Below, one piece after another: positions 1 through 9,462 of a stretch of DNA of 64,000 nt. A program made the position numbers and the translations under genes. Each line of letters begins with the position of its first letter. Position 1 is the first letter of the stretch. Below the pieces are notes generated by a model. It was given only the letters and a program-made list of their open reading frames with translations, searched no databases and was not told where the DNA came from. The DNA is from Thermococcus sp. (GTDB lineage: Archaea > Methanobacteriota_B > Thermococci > Thermococcales > Thermococcaceae): assembly GCF_027011145.1 (NCBI RefSeq), contig NZ_JALVAO010000068.1:43797-107796 (forward strand), written 5' to 3'.

Positions 1-1291
1 AGGCAATATAATATGGTCTCAACACGTCCTTGGAGTCAGCTACCCCGTTTTCAGTGATGTAGAGTGGAAGTCCATATCTCTCGGCCTCAACAATGGAATC
101 GTATATTCCTTCGGGATAGATTTCCCATCCTATATCGCTTACGGGCCTTCCGGATTTAGAGGACATGCCCGGTCTACATGCATATCCGTACCCAGGAACT
201 CCTTTGAAGGAGATTAAAGGGAGCATTGGAAATTTTGGATCTTGCCATTTAACGACTTCCCTCGTGTAGTAGTTTATTCCAATCCAGTCGTTGCCCTTTA
301 AGTACGGCAATTTAACAAAGGTTTCCCCATCGAATTCTATGTTCAGTTTTCCCCAGGTTATTGCTTCTAGGAAGAGTCTACTGTGAAAGAAGTTATCGTT
401 CTCTGCTGCTTCAACGTCTTTTTTATCTTTGGGATTTTCTGGATATGCAACTCCAATATTGTTGTATATTATACCAACATCGGCTTTTTCTTTTGAATCT
501 TTGTCGGCTTTTTTCCTGTCGAATTTTTTTATCATTTTATACCCTAGGACATGAGCATTAATCATGTTCAGTATCGCTAGCTTAACAGCTTCTGGGTTCA
601 TAACCCCTGGGGGAAAACCGGAATATGGTGCAAGATAACCCAACTCAACGACAACCATCGGCTCGTTGAAGGTGCTCCACATATCAACTATATCTCCAAA
701 TTTATACGCTATATATGCAGCAAATTTTGCAAACTCGATTACAGATCTTTTATTTACCCACCCATTTCTATTGTTTGTCAATGCCTTTTCTCTTGCAGTT
801 ATTGGGTCATGAAGCCAATAGGGCAATGTAAAATGATTAAGGTTTACAATGACTTTAAACCCTTTTTCTCGGAGGCTTGTAATGACTTTTCTGTAGTAGA
901 AAACTTCCCTCTGGTTTGCAATTTCATCAAGTTCTCTTAGAGTTTCTTTACTTATTTTAATGTCCTTTATCAAATCATAGGAGGTGTCCATGGAGTATTC
1001 GGTATCAATGTGTGTAGTTGGCCAGGGAAATATCCTGCTCCATTCGATCCCTATTCGATAAGTGTTGAGACCCATGTTTTTTGCAATCTCATGGTCAGTT
1101 TCATAGAGTTCATAATTATTGATACCCTCTTCTGGTAGATCACCACTAACGAGCCCCTTTTCAATGTTTATCTTGTCTCTAACCCAGTGCCACCAGTCAG
1201 TATTAGCGTCTATATGCCTTCTATATTTGTCTCCCATCTCAAACTGAAATCCAGATTGAGAAACACCCCAATAAAAGTCTTCTGGAAACAT
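1..1291 (-). CDS. Glycoside hydrolase family 1 beta-glycosidase (partial; C-terminus outside window)
   Basis: Absent from the ORF track because it runs off the window. A reverse-strand ATG at 1291 opens 430 uninterrupted codons down to position 2 (MFPEDFYWGVSQSGFQFEMG...). It contains the GH1 acid/base motif TFNEP and the nucleophile motif YITENG next to the window edge. Confidence 0.85.
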   Translation of the reverse strand, partial: MFPEDFYWGVSQSGFQFEMGDKYRRHIDANTDWWHWVRDKINIEKGLVSGDLPEEGINNYELYETDHEIAKNMGLNTYRIGIEWSRIFPWPTTHIDTEYSMDTSYDLIKDIKISKETLRELDEIANQREVFYYRKVITSLREKGFKVIVNLNHFTLPYWLHDPITAREKALTNNRNGWVNKRSVIEFAKFAAYIAYKFGDIVDMWSTFNEPMVVVELGYLAPYSGFPPGVMNPEAVKLAILNMINAHVLGYKMIKKFDRKKADKDSKEKADVGIIYNNIGVAYPENPKDKKDVEAAENDNFFHSRLFLEAITWGKLNIEFDGETFVKLPYLKGNDWIGINYYTREVVKWQDPKFPMLPLISFKGVPGYGYACRPGMSSKSGRPVSDIGWEIYPEGIYDSIVEAERYGLPLYITENGVADSKDVLRPYYIA

Positions 1292-1319
1292 GAAGTCTAC
1301 CTCCGGACGTTTTCACATG

Positions 1320-1407
1320 TTATAAAAATGATCCAATCTTTATAAATATTTCTTAACTTTATAAAAATTGGGTCCTTGATTATAAAATATAGCAAAACTT
1401 ATAAATA
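1320..1407. promoter_or_regulatory. Divergent promoter region with five phased TTATAAA boxes (TATAAA at 1321, 1341, 1360, 1381, 1400)
   Basis: TATA-box-like TTATAAA(A/T)A occurs five times at 19-21 bp spacing between the divergent GH1 gene and the ABC binding-protein gene. Which copies act as promoters is unknown. Confidence 0.4.
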
Positions 1408-1455
1408 ATGTTACCTGATTATATTACGCTGATGCACATCTTGGAGGTGCAACGT

Positions 1456-3342
1456 ATGAAAAAACCACTAGTGGCCATAATTGTTGTGATGTTTGCTTTA
1501 AGCATTTTTGGCCAACCCCATGAAGTTGTTGCACAAACCCAGCTTCCACGCGATGAAACACTTTACGTTGGGGGAGGTTTATGGAGTCAACCAAATAACT
1601 TTAATCCAACTGTAAGCTGGGCAGCTGTAACGGGAACTATAGGTTTGATCTACGAAACGCTTTTCCTATACGATCCACTCAAGGATCAGCTTGAACCGTG
1701 GCTTGCCGAAAGCGGTAAGTGGATATCCAATAACACCTATCGGGTAGTCCTTAAGAAAGGACTAACTTGGCAAGATGGGAAGCCTTTAACAGCGGAAGAT
1801 GTAAAATTTACCTTTGACTATGCTAAAGAGCACAAAGGTCTTAGTTATTCTTCCATATGGGGATGGCTGAAGGAGGTAAAAGTCGTTGATAATAGAACAG
1901 TAGATTTCATTTTTAGCGAGCCCCACTATGAGGAGTGGAAGTATTGGATTTATAATGTTGCAATTATTCCTGAGCACATCTGGAAGAACATTGACAAACC
2001 AGAAAGCTTTGCAAATACTGAAAATCCTATTGGATCAGGTATGTACAAGCTCTATAAGACTGATCAGATGAGATTTATCTTAGTAAGAAATGACAACTGG
2101 TGGGGAATAAAGTACTATGGAAAGCCCGCTCCAAAATACATAGTGTATGTTATAGTCTATAGCAACAACCTTGCTCTCTCAATGCTCGTCAAGGGTGACC
2201 TTGACTGGAGTAACTTCTTTATTCCGGGAATCCCTGATGTAAAGTCTAAGTATGGGATAGTGACATGGTTTGATAAACCTCCGTACCACCTCCCAATAAA
2301 CACTGCATTTCTGTTCCTGAACAACCAGAAAACCCCACTTAACAACCCAGAGTTTAGGCGTGCCATTGCATATGCAATAAACCCCGAGGAAATAGCGGCA
2401 AGGGCTTCACAGAATCAAGTCAAACCTGCTAACCCCACAGGTCTTCTGATAGACTACCCTGTCTTTAAGAAGATATACTATCCTGAAGCTGTTAAGGAGT
2501 ATGGGTTCAGTTACAATCCTGAAGAAGCCAAGAAGATACTTGACAAGCTGGGATACAAGGACATAAACGGCGACGGCTACAGAGAAACTCCTGACGGAAA
2601 ACCTCTTAGGTTCACTATTGAAGTTCCCTACGGGTGGACGGACTGGATGGAAATGGCCAGAATCATAAGCGAGAACCTACAAATGGTAGGCATTAGAGTT
2701 GATCCGAAGTTCCCAGATTATGGTAAGTATTGGGACGATATAACGAAAGGTGAATTTGACATGGCCATAAACAACTTTGGAAGCCAAGTGTACGCTACAC
2801 CCTGGCAGTGGTTCAATTGGGTTCTTGATCCAAACGTTGCTCCAATTGGAAAGGCAACATACTCTGGAAACTGGGGTCGTTACAAAAATGAACGCGTCAC
2901 TGAGCTTTTGAGACTTATAAATACCGAACGTGATGAGAACAAGAAGATCCAATATTATCACGAGCTACAGGTAATATTCCTCAAGGACCTGCCGTACATA
3001 CCTCTTATTTATAACGGTGCATGGTTTGAGGCTAGTCCTCAGTACTGGACCAACTGGCCTACCGAGCATAACCCATACGCGTTGCCAATAACTTGGCAGA
3101 ACTACTGGCAGATGGGTGGTCTTAAGGTACTCCTCAACATAAAGCCCGCCACGAGTACTTCGACATCATCTACTCCCGCAACTTCATCTCAGTCTCCTGT
3201 ACCTTCGACTTCAGCGTCATCTTCATCTACCACGACACAACCAACTTCAACGACGAGCACTGGCGGTACCAAAATCTGTGGACCAGCCTTACTTGTTGGA
3301 CTTGCCATTGTGCCATTGCTCCTGAGAAAACGCAGAAAATGA
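1456..3342 (+). CDS. ABC transporter substrate-binding protein, family 5 (Opp/Dpp-type; probably beta-glycoside/oligosaccharide binding) with CGP-type C-terminal anchor
   Basis: ORF 1408..3342. Start moved to ATG 1456 (MKKPLVAIIVVMF signal peptide), preceded by GGAGGTG. It has the size and sequence character of Opp/Dpp-type binding proteins and is followed by two permease and two ATPase genes. The C-terminus is a Ser/Thr-rich linker, then CGP, a hydrophobic helix and RKRRK. Confidence 0.85.
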   Translation: MKKPLVAIIVVMFALSIFGQPHEVVAQTQLPRDETLYVGGGLWSQPNNFNPTVSWAAVTGTIGLIYETLFLYDPLKDQLEPWLAESGKWISNNTYRVVLKKGLTWQDGKPLTAEDVKFTFDYAKEHKGLSYSSIWGWLKEVKVVDNRTVDFIFSEPHYEEWKYWIYNVAIIPEHIWKNIDKPESFANTENPIGSGMYKLYKTDQMRFILVRNDNWWGIKYYGKPAPKYIVYVIVYSNNLALSMLVKGDLDWSNFFIPGIPDVKSKYGIVTWFDKPPYHLPINTAFLFLNNQKTPLNNPEFRRAIAYAINPEEIAARASQNQVKPANPTGLLIDYPVFKKIYYPEAVKEYGFSYNPEEAKKILDKLGYKDINGDGYRETPDGKPLRFTIEVPYGWTDWMEMARIISENLQMVGIRVDPKFPDYGKYWDDITKGEFDMAINNFGSQVYATPWQWFNWVLDPNVAPIGKATYSGNWGRYKNERVTELLRLINTERDENKKIQYYHELQVIFLKDLPYIPLIYNGAWFEASPQYWTNWPTEHNPYALPITWQNYWQMGGLKVLLNIKPATSTSTSSTPATSSQSPVPSTSASSSSTTTQPTSTTSTGGTKICGPALLVGLAIVPLLLRKRRK

Positions 3343-3379
3343 CTTTCTTTTTCCTCCTTTTTGATATCCTGGAGGGGAC

Positions 3380-4384
3380 ATGATGTCCGGAATAAAGAGA
3401 TATCTCCTTAGGAAGACAATCATATACATACTTACGTTTTTCTTTGCGGTTACAATAGACTTTATAATCCCCAGAGCCATGCCAGGAGATCCAATAGCTG
3501 TTCTTCTCTCAAGGTTTGCCACACTCCCCGAGGCAGCAAAGTATCTTCACAGTTATTTCATGCAGGCATTTGGATTAAACAAACCCCTATGGGAACAATA
3601 TCTCTCTTTCTGGAACGCTGTCCTCCATGGGGATCTTGGTGTGAGCATATACTACTATCCCAAGCCTGTTGCTGAAATCTTAAAGGAGGCCCTTCCATAT
3701 GATATTGCCCTTCTCTTCCCGGCTCTTGTAGCGAGTTGGTTCGTTGGTAACTGGTTAGGAGCTCTTGCCGGTAAAAATAGGAAACTCGATACTTATTTAA
3801 TGCCTGTATTCTATTTTCTTCAGGCCTCACCTTACTTCTGGCTTGCTATATTACTTTCGTATGTGTTCACTTTCAAGCTTGGATGGTTCCCAATTTCGGG
3901 AGCTTACAGTTATGGAATAATTCCCTCCTTAAGCTGGGAATTTATAAAAGACTATCTCTATCACTGGATTCTACCCTTTTTGAGTCTTTTCATGGTTCAA
4001 CTCGGGGGATGGGCCATAGGAATGCGTAACATGATAATATATGAAATTGAGGCTGACTATGTAAGGTATCTTGAAGCACTGGGCGCAAGTGAAAAAACCC
4101 TGATGAAACATGCCTTTAAGAACGCAATGCTTCCTCAGGTTACAGGCCTGGCAATTCAACTTGGTCTTCTTGTTGCTGGAAACGTTACTGTTCAGATTGT
4201 ATTTTCGTACCCTGGAATTGGATACGTTCTTATGCAGGGCATTATGAATCAGGACTACTTCTTAATTCAAGGAGCGTTTTTAGTAATAATTCTCACGGTT
4301 CTTGTTGCGAACTTTGTAATAGATCTTCTCTATGCCCTTATAGATCCAAGGGTAAGAACAAGCTATACGGAGGAGGGAACCTGA
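3380..4384 (+). CDS. ABC transporter permease (DppB/OppB-like)
   Basis: Multi-pass membrane protein of 334 aa, GGAGGGG before the ATG, in an operon with the binding protein. The ending (LIDPRVR) is typical of Opp/Dpp permeases. Confidence 0.85.
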   Translation: MMSGIKRYLLRKTIIYILTFFFAVTIDFIIPRAMPGDPIAVLLSRFATLPEAAKYLHSYFMQAFGLNKPLWEQYLSFWNAVLHGDLGVSIYYYPKPVAEILKEALPYDIALLFPALVASWFVGNWLGALAGKNRKLDTYLMPVFYFLQASPYFWLAILLSYVFTFKLGWFPISGAYSYGIIPSLSWEFIKDYLYHWILPFLSLFMVQLGGWAIGMRNMIIYEIEADYVRYLEALGASEKTLMKHAFKNAMLPQVTGLAIQLGLLVAGNVTVQIVFSYPGIGYVLMQGIMNQDYFLIQGAFLVIILTVLVANFVIDLLYALIDPRVRTSYTEEGT

Positions 4385-5305
4385 ATGTCCATGCGAGAGA
4401 CATTCAGAATAGCTCTGAAGAACCCCAAATTCAAGATTGGGATTACAATAGTCTTCATAATGGCTCTGATAGCACTCGTTGGACCTCTCTTAACCCCTTT
4501 TGACAACATGGGATACTATCCTATAAAGTTTGGAAACACAACGTTTTCGAAGCCGACAACACCCTCACTACCCCCAATGTCAAAGGACGTCGTTTATGGT
4601 CCGGAGGGTATAGTTAACGTCACGCACTACCTAGGTACTGATAGCTTTGGAAGAGATATATATGCCCAGTTAACATATGGAATGAGATCCTCTTTTCTAG
4701 TCGGTATTACTGCGGGTGGTCTTGCTACTATTTTGGGATTGCTGATAGGTTTTATAGCCGGCTACAAAGGTGGTTGGACAGATGAAATTCTCATGATGAT
4801 TACGAACATAATGCTTGTAATACCAACAATGGCACTCCTCATCATAATAGCGGCTTATCTTCCTTACCGTGGAGTCGCTATCGAGAGTATAATAATAGGT
4901 CTAACTGCATGGCCTTGGACAGCAAGAGCTGTGAGAGCTCAGACACTTTCTTTAAAAAACCGAGAATTCGTTCATCTTGCCCGACTCTCAGGGCTTAGTG
5001 ATTTTAAAATAATTTTCACTCAGATAATGCCCAATATTATTTCCTATGTCTTTATGGTTTTCATTCTTCAATTCGGTGGCGCTATTCTTGCTGCCGTTGG
5101 TCTAGACTTCATAGGGCTTGGACCTACCAAGGGTATGTCTCTTGGGATAATGCTTCAGCAGGCTGTTCTCTGGAATGCAATAACCCTTGGCTACTGGTGG
5201 TGGGCTATTCCTCCAGGGCTTGTAATTGCGATCTTAATAACAGGCCTTTATTTCATAAACACTGGACTCGATGAAGTCTTTAATCCGCGTCTTAGGAGGG
5301 AATGA
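4385..5305 (+). CDS. ABC transporter permease (DppC/OppC-like)
   Basis: The ATG directly follows the upstream stop (TGAATG). Multi-pass membrane protein of 306 aa with an Opp/Dpp second-permease character. Confidence 0.85.
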   Translation: MSMRETFRIALKNPKFKIGITIVFIMALIALVGPLLTPFDNMGYYPIKFGNTTFSKPTTPSLPPMSKDVVYGPEGIVNVTHYLGTDSFGRDIYAQLTYGMRSSFLVGITAGGLATILGLLIGFIAGYKGGWTDEILMMITNIMLVIPTMALLIIIAAYLPYRGVAIESIIIGLTAWPWTARAVRAQTLSLKNREFVHLARLSGLSDFKIIFTQIMPNIISYVFMVFILQFGGAILAAVGLDFIGLGPTKGMSLGIMLQQAVLWNAITLGYWWWAIPPGLVIAILITGLYFINTGLDEVFNPRLRRE

Positions 5306-5306
5306 T

Positions 5307-6278
5307 ATGGCAATGCTCACCGTTGAAGATCTAAAAATTTACTACTCAACACCCATTGGTCATGTAAAAGCCGTTGATGGAGTATCATTCGAAGTTAAAA
5401 AAGGGGAGGTCTTTGGGATAGCCGGTGAAAGCGGTTGTGGTAAATCAACACTCGTTCATTCGCTAATTCTCAGAAAACCTCCTATGATCCATATAGGAGG
5501 AAAGGCTCTATTCAAAGGGCGGGATTTAATGACTATGGACCTAAAAGAATCCAAGAAAATCCGCTATACTGAACTCTCAATAATTCCCCAATATGCTATG
5601 AATGCATTAAATCCAACCAAGAAAATCCGAGACATAGTTTGGGATTTGGCAAGGGAGCATGGTTATAACAATAGGAAAGAAATAGAAAATATTCTTCGTG
5701 AGAGACTGGAGATGGTAAAGCTTTCGTCTAAAGTCGCCAACATGTATCCGGTTGAGTTGAGTGGTGGGATGAGACAGAGGGCAACAATGGTAGTCTCGAC
5801 ACTCTTGAACCCGGATCTTTTGATCGCTGACGAAGTAACCTCTGCCTTAGACGTTACCACTCAGAGGGTCGTAATAGAACTTCTCCATCATTTCATGGAA
5901 GAAGGGATAGTCAAGTCAATAATATTTGTTACACATGATTTGGCCCTACTAGATAAGATTGCTGACAGGATAATGATAATGTACGCTGGAAAAGTAGTTG
6001 AGATTGGTCCAACGGAGGAAGTTATCAACGAGCCGGCACATCCATACACTCAGCTCCTACTCAGTGCACTTCCTAGGCTGGGAATTCAGTATAAAAAGCA
6101 GAAGCTTAGAGGAATTCCTGGCTATCCAATAAGTCTTCTCAATCCTCCTAAGGGATGTCGCTTTTATACACGCTGTCCCCACGCCTTCGAAAAGTGTCCC
6201 CATGTTGAACCTGAACTCATAGAAGTTGGAAGAGATCATTATGCTTCCTGTCACCTTCTTGGAGGTGGAAATCAATGA
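5307..6278 (+). CDS. ABC transporter ATP-binding protein (DppD/OppD-like)
   Basis: Start moved to ATG 5307 after GGAGGG. Walker A GESGCGKS, signature LSGGMRQR, and a C-terminal Cys-rich oligopeptide-type extension. Confidence 0.9.
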   Translation: MAMLTVEDLKIYYSTPIGHVKAVDGVSFEVKKGEVFGIAGESGCGKSTLVHSLILRKPPMIHIGGKALFKGRDLMTMDLKESKKIRYTELSIIPQYAMNALNPTKKIRDIVWDLAREHGYNNRKEIENILRERLEMVKLSSKVANMYPVELSGGMRQRATMVVSTLLNPDLLIADEVTSALDVTTQRVVIELLHHFMEEGIVKSIIFVTHDLALLDKIADRIMIMYAGKVVEIGPTEEVINEPAHPYTQLLLSALPRLGIQYKKQKLRGIPGYPISLLNPPKGCRFYTRCPHAFEKCPHVEPELIEVGRDHYASCHLLGGGNQ

Positions 6279-7234
6279 AAGAACTCCTTAAGGTTGAGCA
6301 TTTAACCAAAATCTTTACTTCCGGACTAATTGGAGGATTCGAAATAAGGGCCGTTGACGACGTTAGCTTCAGCATACGGGAAGGAGAGATTGTCTCTCTC
6401 GTTGGTGAGAGTGGTAGTGGGAAAACAACTGTAGGCAAACTTATTCTCCGTCTGCTCATGCCAACATCTGGAAAGCTTCTTTTTGAAGGTAGAGATGTCA
6501 TTAAGATGAAGAAAAAAGAGCTTAAACAATACTACTATCGCCGAGTTCAGGCTGTTTTTCAGGATCCATTCGCGAGCTTTAATCCCCTTCATACTATCGA
6601 TAAAGTGTTTGATTTTGTGTTCGATTCTTACTTTCCAGAGCTGGATAAAAATGAAAGAGACGAAATGATAGACAAGGCTCTGCTCCAGGTTGGTCTGAAT
6701 CCTGATCAAATTAGAGGAAAGTTTCCCCATCAGCTAAGCGGTGGTCAGTTGCAGAGAATTCTAATCGCAAGGGCCCTTCTTTTAAAACCCAAATTGCTCA
6801 TCGCAGATGAAATTGTCTCAATGCTGGATGCATCAACGAGAATTGACGTGTTGAACCTTGTAGGGGACTTCAGAGACAAGTATGGGACATCAGTTCTTTT
6901 TGTAACTCATGATTTAGCTCTGGGCTACTACATCAGCGATACCACCATTATCATGTATCGCGGAACAATAGTTGAAATGGGTAATACTGAGAAGGTTTTT
7001 CATAATCCACTTCATCCGTACACCCAAATGCTCCTTGAAAGTGTTCCCGATTTGAACGTTAAGTGGGAATTTAAAGGCATTGAACCAGAAAAAGAAGAAG
7101 AGTCTGTTTATTCTATCCATGGATGCAGGTATGCTCCTCGCTGTCATAGGGCAACTGAGAAATGTTTTAGAGTTCGGCCTGAGCTCCGTGAAGTTGAAAA
7201 GCATCACTGGGTTGCATGTCATCTCTATGAGTGA
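6275..7234 (+). CDS. ABC transporter ATP-binding protein (DppF/OppF-like)
   Basis: 4-nt ATGA overlap with the upstream ATPase gene. Walker A GESGSGKT and signature LSGGQLQR. Confidence 0.9.
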   Translation: MKELLKVEHLTKIFTSGLIGGFEIRAVDDVSFSIREGEIVSLVGESGSGKTTVGKLILRLLMPTSGKLLFEGRDVIKMKKKELKQYYYRRVQAVFQDPFASFNPLHTIDKVFDFVFDSYFPELDKNERDEMIDKALLQVGLNPDQIRGKFPHQLSGGQLQRILIARALLLKPKLLIADEIVSMLDASTRIDVLNLVGDFRDKYGTSVLFVTHDLALGYYISDTTIIMYRGTIVEMGNTEKVFHNPLHPYTQMLLESVPDLNVKWEFKGIEPEKEEESVYSIHGCRYAPRCHRATEKCFRVRPELREVEKHHWVACHLYE

Positions 7235-7551
7235 CACTTTGTTTCTTAGCTTTCCGCAATTCTATTTCTTGTCTGAGCTTCCAATTATTCGATAATCATA
7301 AAGAATGTGAGAGTTTACTTAGTACACTAACGAGAGACCCGAAAAGCTGAGAAGCAAGGTGTAACATAGTGCCATATCTAGTTGCTAGAAAATGTAATCA
7401 ATACTCAGAAAAGAGCTGAGAGTGCACGTTACAAACACGTAATCTCAGAGGAATAGTAATTTCCCCAAACAAAACAGGTATTCCCATAAATAAAAATTCA
7501 TTATCCAGTAGGTATCTGGACCTTTTTGCTGGCTTTCGTAATGGTTTCCAT

Positions 7552-8761
7552 TTACTTCTTGCTTACAGGAGAGTGTTGATAAACAATGGCTCCTTTTGAG
7601 AGGAATATGAACATTAACCCGGCTATTATAAAGAAGGCAAAGCTAACTGCATAGGGTAGCGTCGCGTGAAGGCTCGCCAGTGCTCCAGCAATGAAAGGCG
7701 CGAAGAGTCCTATGACCTTCCTGTAGCTTGATATCGCTGAGTGGAACTCGCTGGCCTTCTCCTTCGGAATCAGCTTGAACATCCATGAACGGTAGAAGGG
7801 GAACCAGAAAGTGTTACCGAAGTCGCCGAGCGCATAGACTGCGAGAACTATCCAGAGGGGAGGTGCTAGAGCCATGATTAAAGCGTAGATAGCGTTTAGA
7901 AGCATGCCGAAGGCTATTGCATTAAACCCTTTCTCCTTTGGAACGCGCTCGCTGGCGTAGGTGCCGATGATTGAGGCAATACTGCTCGCTACTGCCACGA
8001 GAGTTACCTCGAACACAGTTTTGTGAAGCACGAATATGACGTAGTTGATTAGAACTATCTCGGGGGCTAACTCCCAGGCGAGCGTGAGCAAAGCCTCGAA
8101 CGCCAGGAGAACCTTAAACTCGCCGACCCTGAAAGTGAAGCCCTTGGGCGTTATCCTCTCTTCTCTGCCAACTGAGGGCAAGAAGCGCCAGATGTATGTC
8201 ACGGTTACCGCTGAAAAGAGCCCGAAGAGAATAAAGGCCCAGCGGTAGCTCCCGGGGCCGGGGTAAACGTAGCCGAGAATGTAACCCATGATGGGAAAAG
8301 TGAGAAGCCTTGAAATTTCCGGCAGGCGGAGATGCCAGGCGAAAATTTCCTCGTACCAGATAGATTATCTGCTCGTAGGTCCGGTAGAGCGAGTAGAGCA
8401 TCGTCGAGAGCTTTTCTATTGTTCTCCCTGTGAAAAGCAGAACCGGAGCTACGGTCCCCTTTGCTAGGCCATACAGAATGTAGGTGACCCCATCGAGGAC
8501 GTCAATCGCGATGAGGCCCTTCTTTATGTCCCACTGATTAAAGAGCCTGCCGAAGAGATAAGTCAGGGGGATTGAGATGACGTTGACCGCTGTGAAGAAC
8601 GCTCCAACTTCGAGAATGGAATAGCCGGTCTCCATGAGGTAGAGGGGGAAGAGTATCCAGACTATCAGGCCCGGCGCTATCAGAGTGTGGTAGAGCATGT
8701 AGGCCTTTGCTTCCCTTGGAATCTCGCTCCAGCGCATGGAAAGATGTGAAAACATGTGCAT
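7552..8761 (-). pseudogene. MFS-type transporter interrupted by a frameshift (or sequencing error)
   Basis: ORFs 8114..8761 and 7552..8289 are the N- and C-terminal halves of one polytopic membrane protein in different frames. The sensible reading switches frame near 8350-8362 (...TYEQIIYL / YEEIFAWHLRLPEISRLLTFPIMGYILGY...). Confidence 0.6.
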
Positions 8762-9220
8762 TTAACATTTGCGAAGGCACTTCACATAAATCAGTGCCTC
8801 CTCGCCCCACTCCGGATAGGGGTCAATCAACGCCACCCTAACAAAGCCCCTCCGCTCGTAGAACCGCCTCGTCTTGTCGTAGGGTTTATACGAGAGGTCG
8901 CCCGAGGTCTTGACGATCAGAACTTCAAAGTTAGCTTTGGCCCACATCTCGACGAAGCGCAACAGCCCAGTCCCGATGCCTCTCCCTCTAAACTCCCTCC
9001 TGACGGCCATCCAGAGGATTTCGAGGGCCTTATCTTTGATAGGCTTGACTGTTATAAAGGCGAGAACTTGGTCTTTCTCAACAGCTATGAACGTCGTTTC
9101 ACTTTTAAGGTCGCGTTCCATAGCTTTAATGCCGGCATCGTTGAACCAATCTGGTAAGGTTCTAGCTATCTCAAGGCAGGCTCGCCTTTCGGATTCAGTC
9201 TCAAGGGGTTTAATTCTCAA
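8762..9220 (-). CDS. GNAT family N-acetyltransferase
   Basis: 152 aa with acetyl-CoA motif A (RREFRGRGIGTGLL). Its stop abuts the start of the downstream MFS gene. Confidence 0.85.
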   Translation of the reverse strand: MRIKPLETESERRACLEIARTLPDWFNDAGIKAMERDLKSETTFIAVEKDQVLAFITVKPIKDKALEILWMAVRREFRGRGIGTGLLRFVEMWAKANFEVLIVKTSGDLSYKPYDKTRRFYERRGFVRVALIDPYPEWGEEALIYVKCLRKC

Positions 9221-9462
9221 TTTCTTTCCCTCAACTCTTGCTTACTAGTTCTTGGCTTTTATATCTGATTTTTCGTACCTCATAATTAAGATTGTTTTTG
9301 GCTCCTTGTCTTAATTACGCTGACATATAGTTGAACTTATTTTCATGAAATTTTTCTGACATTAAAACTTTCTAATTGACATGACTAATTTTTACTCGAT
9401 AAAACAAAATTCTAAATATAGCTATTTAAACTCCAAAATCTTATTTTATATTGGTGATCCCG

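Noticed and set aside
7552-8761. Treating ORFs 7552..8289 and 8114..8761 as two separate overlapping genes
   Set aside because: The downstream part of ORF 8114..8761 is non-membrane, Arg/Pro/His-rich nonsense. The hydrophobic reading continues seamlessly in the other frame, so this is one disrupted transporter.
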